From a virus: 64,000 bases of DNA. Positions 18,326-27,157 of the stretch are shown piece by piece (positions within the stretch are counted from its first letter, which is position 1; the number at the start of each line of letters is the position of its first letter). The notes below the pieces were generated by a model. The model made no database searches, was not told the DNA's origin, and worked only from the letters and a program-made list of their open reading frames with translations. The stretch lies in the IMG/VR virus record IMGVR_UViG_3300043399_000587, positions 1 through 64,000 of that record. One strand, 5' to 3'. Position numbers and translations under genes: made by a program.

Positions 18326-19736
18326 TTCGGATATGCAAATGCTGTTTTTGAGAATGATGGTCACCAACTCAGAGTTGTATACGCGAGTGATGAACATTAT
18401 GAATCCATCGAATTTCGAAAAAAGATTAAAACCTGTAGCAGAATTTATAGTCGAGCATTCAAAAAAATATAATATGATGCCTGAACCTACACAGATAAAG
18501 GCAGTTACTGGCATCGAAGTAGATTCTATTCCCGAACTTGATGATGGACATAATGATTGGTTCTTAGAAGAATTTGAACAATTCACTAAAAGACAGGAAC
18601 TTGAACGTGCTATTCTGAAAAGTGCAGACTTATTAGAAAAGGGAGAATATGGTCCTGTAGAAAAACTGATCAAAGATGCTGTACAAATCAGTCTACAAAA
18701 AGACATGGGTACAGATTACTTTGCTGATCCTAGGGCTAGGCTTATGGCACTAAAGTCTAATAATGGTCAGTTGAGTACAGGTTGGCCTACTATGGATCAA
18801 AAACTCTATGGTGGGTTCAATCGTGGCGAACTACAGATTTTTGCAGGGGGTTCAGGTTCTGGTAAGAGTTTGTTTATGCAAAATCTTGCAGTCAACTGGG
18901 CACAAGCAGGACTAAACGGTGCTTACATTACGCTAGAACTTAGTGAAGGTCTTTGTTCTATGCGTATTGATAGTATGATGACCGATACTAGTAGCAGAGA
19001 AATCTTTAAAGACATTGACAATGTTGAAATGAAGGTTAAACTACATGCAAAGAAAGCAGGTAAGTTGCGTATCAAATACATGCCTGCGCAAAGCACTGTA
19101 AATGACCTACGTGCGTACTGTAAAGAATTGCAAATACAAACAGGAGTCAAAATAGACTTTTTGTGTGTAGATTATCTTGACCTGCTCATGCCTGTTAGCG
19201 CAAAGGTCAGTCCAAGCGATTTGTTTGTTAAAGATAAGTATGTTTCGGAAGAATTGCGTAATCTAGCAAAAGAATTGAACGTACTATTTGTTACTGCTTC
19301 ACAATTGAACCGTTCAGCCGTTGAAGAAATTGAATTCGATCATAGTCACATTTCAGGTGGTATCTCAAAGATTAACACAGCAGATAATGTATTCGGCATT
19401 TTTACAAGCCGTAGTATGCGTGAGCGTGGTCAGTATCAACTGCAATTAATGAAAACACGGTCGAGTTCGGGTGTGGGGCAAAAGATAGAATTAGAATTTA
19501 ATGTAGAAACGTTGAGGATTACAGATCCAAATCCCGAAGGTGATAGCCAAAGTTATCAACCAACCAAACCTCAGCCTAGTCCAAATGATTTAATGAGTAA
19601 ATTAAAACCACAATCCACTGTGACGGAAAAAATCGATCCTATAACAGGGGAAATTGAACCGACTGAGAAAAGAGTAGTAGCCAACGTACAAAATACAAAA
19701 TTAAAGACTCTACTCAATTCACTAAGAAGTAATTAA
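18309..19736 (+). CDS. Replicative helicase (gp41/DnaB-like)
   Basis: GGSGSGKS, ITLEL, VDYLDL, TASQLNR, KTR. Confidence 0.9.
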   Translation: MIKEYNSDMQMLFLRMMVTNSELYTRVMNIMNPSNFEKRLKPVAEFIVEHSKKYNMMPEPTQIKAVTGIEVDSIPELDDGHNDWFLEEFEQFTKRQELERAILKSADLLEKGEYGPVEKLIKDAVQISLQKDMGTDYFADPRARLMALKSNNGQLSTGWPTMDQKLYGGFNRGELQIFAGGSGSGKSLFMQNLAVNWAQAGLNGAYITLELSEGLCSMRIDSMMTDTSSREIFKDIDNVEMKVKLHAKKAGKLRIKYMPAQSTVNDLRAYCKELQIQTGVKIDFLCVDYLDLLMPVSAKVSPSDLFVKDKYVSEELRNLAKELNVLFVTASQLNRSAVEEIEFDHSHISGGISKINTADNVFGIFTSRSMRERGQYQLQLMKTRSSSGVGQKIELEFNVETLRITDPNPEGDSQSYQPTKPQPSPNDLMSKLKPQSTVTEKIDPITGEIEPTEKRVVANVQNTKLKTLLNSLRSN

Positions 19737-19760
19737 CTGAAATCAGCATAAATACAGATT

Positions 19761-20006
19761 ATGCAAAAGAAAACACGATCCCTTTTGGAAGAATTAGAGG
19801 CTATTGGAAATAACCGTGATATTACTCACGTTATTGAAAGCAGAGCCCACAATATCATTACAAGTGCTATAAATTTATTAGAATTAATAAACAAGCATTA
19901 TGATAAAAATACCTCCGAGATATTAGAACGCAAACTTTTGGGAGCCATAAAAGGCCGTGATCAAACTAAATTTGCAAAAAGTATAAGGAAAAATCATGAA
20001 GCGTAA
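19761..20006 (+). CDS. Hypothetical late protein
   Basis: CATAAATA 6 nt upstream. Confidence 0.7.
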   Translation: MQKKTRSLLEELEAIGNNRDITHVIESRAHNIITSAINLLELINKHYDKNTSEILERKLLGAIKGRDQTKFAKSIRKNHEA

Positions 20007-20952
20007 GCCATTAAAAAATGATATTCCGAAAAAAATAGAAGAACGATTATCTAATTGGACCGGCGACTATGGATCTGCTGTGTTAAAACAACTTGGAAAT
20101 CGTCTCAGGGGTAATCCAGAAGGTTACCTGTCTATATCGGATAAAATGCACAAAGAAAAATTTATTAATAATTTTTTGAGTGCTGCATACAAATCTTTGA
20201 ATAGTGAAATTGCCGCTGGTAGAGTTGATCCCAATTTATCCGGAGTGACTTCAGCACCACAAGAAAAACCAACCGCATCTACACAACAAAGTCAGGGGCA
20301 AGCGTTAGATTTAGACGCATTAAAACAACGCAGAGAGGCTGAAAAAGCTGCAGGTATACAGTCACAGCAAACTGCACAAGCTCAAATGAAAGCAACAGCA
20401 GCTTCAAATGCCGCAACGGCTGCAGCAGATAATCAATTAGTAGCAAGAGTACGTGCTGAAAAGCAAAAACCAGGATTTCAACAAAATAAAGGTTTGATTC
20501 GTCAAGCTGCAGCTAAAGGAATACATGAATCCAAGTATGAAAAATTAAATGCTATATTTGAAAGTATACTACAGGAAGCAGAATCAATAGAGCAATGGTT
20601 AAATAGGTGGTTACCTTCCTATCTTCGTGGTATACCCATGAACGATACACATTCTAAATCACTAATAAAAGCAGTAGGTGATACTTATGCTAGAGATAAA
20701 GGCAAAGCAGCATTAGAAAAATTAGCTATGGCTGCATTTGCAGCTTCACAGAGTCCAGGTTATGGATTAGCCGCAGACAATACAAGAGATACATCTTCAA
20801 CTGTTAATACGCCTGCAGCAGTTTCGAATACAACTACTTCTACTAATAATGCAACTCAAATAGCAGGAAGCATCAAATCTCAAATGGCTAGACTTAAGCA
20901 AGTTGATCCTACAGCATACGCTAACTTAATAAAAGATTTGTCATCGGTGTAA
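19996..20952 (+). CDS. Ala/Gln-rich probable internal virion protein
   Basis: Low-complexity helical protein with IEE/IHE/IFE/LQE candidate cleavage motifs. Confidence 0.55.
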   Translation: MKRKPLKNDIPKKIEERLSNWTGDYGSAVLKQLGNRLRGNPEGYLSISDKMHKEKFINNFLSAAYKSLNSEIAAGRVDPNLSGVTSAPQEKPTASTQQSQGQALDLDALKQRREAEKAAGIQSQQTAQAQMKATAASNAATAAADNQLVARVRAEKQKPGFQQNKGLIRQAAAKGIHESKYEKLNAIFESILQEAESIEQWLNRWLPSYLRGIPMNDTHSKSLIKAVGDTYARDKGKAALEKLAMAAFAASQSPGYGLAADNTRDTSSTVNTPAAVSNTTTSTNNATQIAGSIKSQMARLKQVDPTAYANLIKDLSSV

Positions 20953-20956
20953 CAAA

Positions 20957-22123
20957 ATGAAATTAAATGAATCATTATCCTATTTAAGAAACGTTTTAAC
21001 TGACATTGAAACGTTTCAGAGACCATCATTAAAAGAAGATAAAGGGCACCTAGACCATCCTGAAGATTTAGTTTTTTTAGGTGGTAGTCAAGGTGCCGCA
21101 CGTGCTGTGCAATCTTCAATGGACACTGTACAAAATCCCGGTAAAGTCACAATCAAATGGGACGGATATCCAGCATTAATATTTGGGCGTGATGATCAGG
21201 GCCGTTTTAGCATTATGGATAAACACATGTTCAATAAAAAAGACGGTTCAGGTCGACAAGTTTATAGCCCTGAGCAATTTGTTCAATACGACCAAGCTCG
21301 GGGTGTTGATAGAACAGAATTACATCAACTAATTGCTAATATTTGGCCCGGGCTAGAAAAATCAGACCGTAATAAAGGTTATTACTGGGGAGATTTGTTG
21401 TTCAGTCAGCCATTACGCCCCGGCAGTGATAAACTATATAGATTTAGAGCTAATCCAAATGGAATTACTTATACAGTAGATCCTAACAGTGAAGTAGGAA
21501 AAGAACTTACAGGAAAAACAGCAGGTATTGTTGTGCATCAATTTATTGATGCTAGCGCAGCGTCAACAGATGATGCAGTTCCGCTAGATGGAACTATAGG
21601 AAAATTGAAGAACAATAGCAACGTCGCAATAGTACCTGCTAAGATGCCAATAACACCCAAATTGAAATTAAACAATGGACTGGTAAGAAAGGCTAATGCA
21701 GCAATAAAACAATATGGTCCTGCTGTAGACCAGATGTTAGATTCTGCGCCTCAGGCACGTAATACATTCAATCAATTGTTTACTACATATATTAACAAAA
21801 AAATTGTTCAAGGTGATTTAAATAATCTATTGCCAGACTTCATGAAATACTTGCAAACTAAACCCATGACTGATTCGATGCGCAGTAAGATAATGACTCA
21901 TTTGGAGCAAAATCCAAACGGACTAAAAGGTGCTTTTGAAATATGGGCTGCAATCTATGCATTGAAAATGTCAATTGTAACACAGTTAAACAAAGCAGCA
22001 GAATCAAGTCCAGTAAAAGGTTATCTGCAAAATGGTACTCAAACTCAAGAAGGTTTTGTCAGTCATGGACTAAAATTTGTGGATCGTATGGGGTTTAGTC
22101 GTCAGAACCTCCAGGGCCGCTAA
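20957..22123 (+). CDS. Phage protein with H.DHPED and TIKWDG motifs (DUF6267-like; KxDG ligase-like motif)
   Basis: Motifs read from the translation. Confidence 0.55.
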   Translation: MKLNESLSYLRNVLTDIETFQRPSLKEDKGHLDHPEDLVFLGGSQGAARAVQSSMDTVQNPGKVTIKWDGYPALIFGRDDQGRFSIMDKHMFNKKDGSGRQVYSPEQFVQYDQARGVDRTELHQLIANIWPGLEKSDRNKGYYWGDLLFSQPLRPGSDKLYRFRANPNGITYTVDPNSEVGKELTGKTAGIVVHQFIDASAASTDDAVPLDGTIGKLKNNSNVAIVPAKMPITPKLKLNNGLVRKANAAIKQYGPAVDQMLDSAPQARNTFNQLFTTYINKKIVQGDLNNLLPDFMKYLQTKPMTDSMRSKIMTHLEQNPNGLKGAFEIWAAIYALKMSIVTQLNKAAESSPVKGYLQNGTQTQEGFVSHGLKFVDRMGFSRQNLQGR

Positions 22124-22787
22124 ATAATCTCCATCCTTTGTAATTTTTTCTGTCACCTCTTGCCAGTGCAGAAGTATGTCCTTGCCCTAGATTATATTTT
22201 TTCCTTAATTCCCATTGGGTGCAATGTTCTTCAGTTCCGTTAGCGTGGATAAAGTAGTATACAGTGTGATCATATCTGCTACTAGTTTTGCTTTTAAATT
22301 CTTTATAATCTACATCTTTATTTTTATATAACCTCCATCCATTATATACAATCCAATTACCATGAATTAAGGTGTGAAGGTTTCCGGTGGATACCTTAAA
22401 TTCTTTGACGAATTCCTGTCTAGTACATATCCTTTCTATGCCGCTTTCATGAATAAAATGATATTGATTATGGTCATATCCTGGATGCTCAGAACCTAGC
22501 TTAGGTGGTGTCCAACCATGCTTGCCGGATTCTGGTTTTAGATTGGCCCATTCGTCACTTCGTACAACGTTCCATAAGTTAGAATAATATTTCCCCCATT
22601 CTTCTACTTCGGCCATGGAATCGCATTCCCGGAGAATTTCTGTAGTTACATCATATCCGTGTTTAGCAATATGTAATCTCCAATACTTACCTGAGCCTGG
22701 ATACGAGTAGGGATCTTGCTTTTTTGTTTGGCCCAGGTATTTGAGGCCAGTTATATTGTGGGTTTTTTTATATAGATAAATAATCAT
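22095..22787 (-). mobile_element. Free-standing GIY-YIG homing endonuclease
   Basis: IYLYKK...KYLGQT...Y.GSG.YW; two tandem C-terminal DNA-binding repeats ending GWRL; GAGGAG RBS. Confidence 0.8.
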
Positions 22788-22931
22788 GCTGATGCTCCTC
22801 AATAGCGTTAGAGTAGTTGGGGACTGCAATCCCGCGAACTACACTAATATTTATACCAAAACCCATGTTTTTTTGTTTCTGGAATAAATAAATGTAGAGC
22901 CCTGGCTCATATAACATAAAGGAATAAGAAA

Positions 22932-23306
22932 ATGGCACAATTTACAAGAGTCAATGGTGACTTAAAACCCCTAATCAACTATGATAGTTTTGCTTACACC
23001 AATACAGGTGTAAACGCTGTTACTTCAGCAGCAACAGTTCAACCACAAGGTCCTAAGCTAGATTTCTTCACATACACCGCAGCAGGTGCATTGACAACTA
23101 CAGAAATCGCACAAGGCGTACAGACAATTCAGCAACTTGCTACAATCTACTTGTACGAGTACACAGATGCATCTTCTGATACACTTGCATTCGCAGTATA
23201 TCCAGTTGGTGCATGGACAACTGGTACACTAGACACAGCACTGCAGGCACTAGGTGGCGGTTGGGCAGGTGGTTCTACAGCAGCATCCGCAACATTCACT
23301 GGTTAA
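22932..23306 (+). CDS. Probable virion structural protein
   Basis: AATAAATA late box, AAGGA RBS, own terminator, Thr/Ala/Gly-rich. Confidence 0.6.
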   Translation: MAQFTRVNGDLKPLINYDSFAYTNTGVNAVTSAATVQPQGPKLDFFTYTAAGALTTTEIAQGVQTIQQLATIYLYEYTDASSDTLAFAVYPVGAWTTGTLDTALQALGGGWAGGSTAASATFTG

Positions 23307-23324
23307 TTTTAAAATTAACTAACG

Positions 23325-23352
23325 AAACCCGAGAATTTTCTCGGGTTTTTTT
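23325..23352 (+). terminator. Rho-independent terminator
   Basis: AAACCCGAGAA-TT-TTCTCGGGTTT followed by a T run. Confidence 0.85.
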
Positions 23353-23369
23353 ACCACATAAATAAAGCT

Positions 23370-23825
23370 ATGAGTTTTAACGTTACATGTTATACATTGT
23401 TTGATATTACACAAACAGGTGTGCTAAACAGGTCCAAACCTATTACAGACATGGATCCAAAAATTTGGGTGTATATGAGAAATACACAATGTAATTTTGA
23501 CACAGTTTTGCAAGTAATATCTCTGAGAGCGCAGCCTGAGGGAATCACTACACCGCAAAAAATTTCAATACGATTTGACACATTTGAAAATTTTGGATTT
23601 TTGTTCACTCAAGAAGAAGATAACACATATCCTTGTTGGAAGTTTACGTTTGAAATAAATCATCCAGCAGTTTTTCATGATGGTATAAATGATTTAGGAA
23701 ATCTATATAAAGATTGCCATAATGTACCAATGATGCTATGTGGTACTGAATGGAACAAGCTACCATCTTTTTTAGACGGGTCTCCAGAATTAAAGAATAT
23801 ATACTTTGAAATCAACCATGCATAA
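23370..23825 (+). CDS. Hypothetical late protein
   Basis: CATAAATA 5 nt upstream. Confidence 0.7.
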   Translation: MSFNVTCYTLFDITQTGVLNRSKPITDMDPKIWVYMRNTQCNFDTVLQVISLRAQPEGITTPQKISIRFDTFENFGFLFTQEEDNTYPCWKFTFEINHPAVFHDGINDLGNLYKDCHNVPMMLCGTEWNKLPSFLDGSPELKNIYFEINHA

Positions 23826-24282
23826 TAAATTATTAACAAAAATCGACCAATTTTTGAATCAAGAGTTTATTCAAAATATAAATGATATTGCTATCTTTCA
23901 GAATGAAGATGGCAGTTATGAACTCTTTAACAGGTACCGTATTGTTAAGGATAGTTTAGGTTATAAAGTTACGACAAACACTTCAGTTGAGGTGTTATTT
24001 TCTTCATTAAAATTTGCTGTATCTTGGTGCATTCTCGAAACCAGAAACAAATACGTTAAAGCAAAAAGAATAGAGTATTTGGATCAAATGTTAGCAGGAG
24101 TTGATGTTTCTATAGAAATGCATAAACATCTTATTAAAAAATCTAAAGAAACTGAAACTAAACTCATTTATATTGCTAAGCTTAGTGAGGAACAGTCTAA
24201 GAGAAAGAAAATACTGGGTGAACTACATACCTACATCAATGAATCTAAATCGCTTCAAATTCAAAAGTTTGCAGCTAAATGA
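23818..24282 (+). CDS. Hypothetical protein
   Basis: ORF in the late operon. Confidence 0.65.
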   Translation: MHNKLLTKIDQFLNQEFIQNINDIAIFQNEDGSYELFNRYRIVKDSLGYKVTTNTSVEVLFSSLKFAVSWCILETRNKYVKAKRIEYLDQMLAGVDVSIEMHKHLIKKSKETETKLIYIAKLSEEQSKRKKILGELHTYINESKSLQIQKFAAK

Positions 24283-24312
24283 TAAATAATAGATAACGTT
24301 TGGAATAAACCT

Positions 24313-25041
24313 ATGAAACTTACCGATTTTGACAAAAAAAATTTTGCCCCTAAAGCTTTGGCAGAAACCTATAAAGTAAATTTTGATGTATCCAGTTTGA
24401 ATAAAATTGCTACTCAAAATATGCTTAGAAAAATTAGAACACTAGCAATGGAAGCAAAAGAAGCTCCTGATTTTCAACGAAATCAAACTAGTCCATCTTA
24501 TATGAAACTAGTGTTTATGGAACAAGCTTTAGTAGAACATTATAACTATTTGCTATCCAAACCATCTTCACGAATCGTTTTTGAAAACGAGGAAGTTGAA
24601 AAGTCGCAAGTAGTGCTTGCAGCACAAGATATGGTAGACACTATACAAAAGATGCTTGAAGATATTGGACAGATGCAAGTTAAAGAATTACCTGCGTTAG
24701 TCGATTCTATCGAATCTGAAATAGGAGTCAATGAAGCAGAATCATACAACGACCAAGTTTCATCTCAACTAGATACACTAAGTGGTGCATTGAAAGCTGC
24801 ATTTGCTGCAATGAAAGCAGCAAGAAATTCTATAACAGGTCAGGGAAGTAGTAGCTTTACTGAACCAGAAGTTGATACAGCAATGGGTGATGAAATGGAT
24901 GGTATGGGTGATGAAATGGCTGGTATGGATGCAGGCGCTGATGCAGCGGCTGATGCTGACATGGCTGCACCAGCATTAGACATGCCCCCGGAAGAACCTG
25001 AAGCAGAACCTACAGGTGGAGTTGGTAGATCAAAGAGGTAA
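24313..25041 (+). CDS. Probable prohead core/scaffold-type protein
   Basis: Late box upstream, coiled-coil body, acidic Asp/Met/Ala tail ending GRSKR. Confidence 0.5.
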   Translation: MKLTDFDKKNFAPKALAETYKVNFDVSSLNKIATQNMLRKIRTLAMEAKEAPDFQRNQTSPSYMKLVFMEQALVEHYNYLLSKPSSRIVFENEEVEKSQVVLAAQDMVDTIQKMLEDIGQMQVKELPALVDSIESEIGVNEAESYNDQVSSQLDTLSGALKAAFAAMKAARNSITGQGSSSFTEPEVDTAMGDEMDGMGDEMAGMDAGADAAADADMAAPALDMPPEEPEAEPTGGVGRSKR

Positions 25042-25045
25042 TTCA

Positions 25046-25375
25046 ATGAGACTCTACGAGTTCGCTGGTCCTGATCCAATGGTTACGAAACTCGTAGCAG
25101 TCACGGATCAGTTTAAAACAGATTTAGAAAAGGGGAAAGCTAATTCCAATATGTCGATTCCCGATTTCTTGCAATATCTAAAGAAATTTGATATTATAAT
25201 TGATAAGACAGACCTGTACGACATGATCAAAAAAATGCCTTTAAAAAATCTCATTTCCAATATTCAAGGGGATAAGATTACATTTAAAGGCTTAGAAAAT
25301 CCAGAGACTCCACCGGATGAAGAAAGTAAAAAAATTGTTGCAGGTATGGCTAAAAAAGCTGTAGGTCAACAATAA
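25046..25375 (+). CDS. Hypothetical protein (MRLYEF...)
   Basis: GAGG RBS before the ATG at 25046. Confidence 0.65.
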   Translation: MRLYEFAGPDPMVTKLVAVTDQFKTDLEKGKANSNMSIPDFLQYLKKFDIIIDKTDLYDMIKKMPLKNLISNIQGDKITFKGLENPETPPDEESKKIVAGMAKKAVGQQ

Positions 25376-25696
25376 ATGTTAACTGCTACTGAATCCGCAA
25401 TCAAAAAAATAAAACAACAGTTAGAACGACGAGGCAAAGGTCTAGGCATACGTATTGGTGTCAAAACTACCGGTTGCTCCGGCTTAGCATATGTGTTAGA
25501 ATATGTTGATAATCCATCCGAAATAGATTATGCTATTGATTGTAATGGATGCTACATTTATGTAAATCCAAAAAGTTGTCCCTACATTCAAGGACTTACT
25601 ATTGATTACGTTAAGAATGGGCTTAATGAAGGCTTCGAATTTATCAATCCCAACGAAAAAGATAGATGTGGATGCGGAGAAAGTTTTAGAGTTTAA
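25376..25696 (+). CDS. iscA: A-type Fe-S cluster carrier, IscA/HesB family
   Basis: GIRIGVKTTGCSGLAY, GLNEGFEF.NPN, CGCGESF. Confidence 0.92.
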   Translation: MLTATESAIKKIKQQLERRGKGLGIRIGVKTTGCSGLAYVLEYVDNPSEIDYAIDCNGCYIYVNPKSCPYIQGLTIDYVKNGLNEGFEFINPNEKDRCGCGESFRV

Positions 25697-25732
25697 AACC
25701 TAATTTAGATACCAAAATCAAATTTTTAAATA

Positions 25733-26416
25733 ATGCTAATTAAGAAATACATATATACTCCAATTAATCGAATCGACACCGCCGAAGGACGTAGATATGT
25801 TACACCTGATGGAGAAAAATTACCTAGTGTAACAACAATCTTAGATGCAACTAAAACAGAAGAATCTAAAAAAGCGTTGCAAGAATGGCGTAAACGTGTA
25901 GGTCCACAAAAAGCGCAAGAAATTACGACTGAGGCTGCGGGACGAGGCACACGAATGCATAAGTGGCTTGAGAACTATATAAAGACGGGTGAAACAGGAG
26001 AACCCGGTACTAATCCATATAGTATTCAGAGCCATGACATGGCACAGTCTATTATTACTCACGGGCTTAGTAAATGCAACGAATATTGGGGTACAGAAAT
26101 CCCATTATATTTTCCTAAAGTGTATGCAGGAACCACAGACCTAGTAGGTGTACATGATGGTGTTCCTGCCATCATGGATCACAAGCAATCTAACAAGCTT
26201 AAAAAGCGTGAATGGATTGATGATTATTTCATTCAGCTAGCCGCATATGCTACTGCACATAATGAAGTATATGGAACAAATATACGAAAAGGTGTAATTT
26301 TTATGTGTACTCAGGATAATATCTATCAAGAATTTATCATTGAGGGAACCGAATTTGACAATTGGGTAAACAGGTGGTTCAGTCGAATTGAACAATATTA
26401 CATGAAGTTCCTATAA
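25733..26416 (+). CDS. PD-(D/E)XK exonuclease
   Basis: LPSVTTIL, RGTRMH, AGTTD, IMDHK, QLAAYA. Confidence 0.85.
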   Translation: MLIKKYIYTPINRIDTAEGRRYVTPDGEKLPSVTTILDATKTEESKKALQEWRKRVGPQKAQEITTEAAGRGTRMHKWLENYIKTGETGEPGTNPYSIQSHDMAQSIITHGLSKCNEYWGTEIPLYFPKVYAGTTDLVGVHDGVPAIMDHKQSNKLKKREWIDDYFIQLAAYATAHNEVYGTNIRKGVIFMCTQDNIYQEFIIEGTEFDNWVNRWFSRIEQYYMKFL

Positions 26417-26461
26417 TGGTTTAGTGATAAATAAGTGTATTACTGTTAAAAGAATACACTT

Positions 26462-27157
26462 ATGGTCATATATAAAACGGTCAACCAAATCAACGGCAAA
26501 TGGTATATTGGCAAAGATGCAAGAAATAGGTCTTACTATTTAGGATCAGGAAAAGCATTGGTCAATGCTTTGAGAAAGTACGGAAAACAAAACTTTATAA
26601 AAATCATTCTTGAAGAATGCAATGATCTTTCGCATCTCGCATTACGAGAAAAACATTGGATAGAATATACTTCTGCTACTAATGATCCAATGAGTTATAA
26701 TATTGCTCCCGGTGGAGAAGGCGGGGCCCGTAATGGATTAGTTGACTATGAAAAAATAGATTACAGCAATCATAAAATGACTGAAGCTATTAAATGGTTC
26801 AATTCTCTTACTGAATCTGAAAAAAAATCCTTTCATGCTAAACAAGCGGAAAGTAGATGTAAAGGTTGGTATGTTAGCAGAGTTGACGATTCCGCAGAAA
26901 CATACATACTTAATATTTCCCAATGGTGCAAAGACAACAATATAGACACCGGAATAGTATCAAGACTAACAAATCCCAAACATGCACTATTCCAAAAACA
27001 AGTCAAGGGATGGAGGTTCAAAAAAGAAAGGCAAAATCCTTTACCTAAATACATCAATCGCCAAAAAATAGGGCATCCTAATATTGCCTGCCAGGGTAAA
27101 TCATGGAAAATGGTTAACGGCAAACGAGTTTGGGTAAGTAAGGAGAATGCACAATGA
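26462..27157 (+). mobile_element. Free-standing GIY-YIG (Seg-like) homing endonuclease
   Basis: VIYKTVN.INGKWYIGK...YLGSG...E..WI...YNI..GG.G. Confidence 0.85.

Noticed and set aside
25733-26416. Cas4 indicating a CRISPR system
   Set aside because: It lacks the four-Cys Fe-S cluster pattern and any cas context; it fits an ordinary phage PD-(D/E)XK exonuclease.
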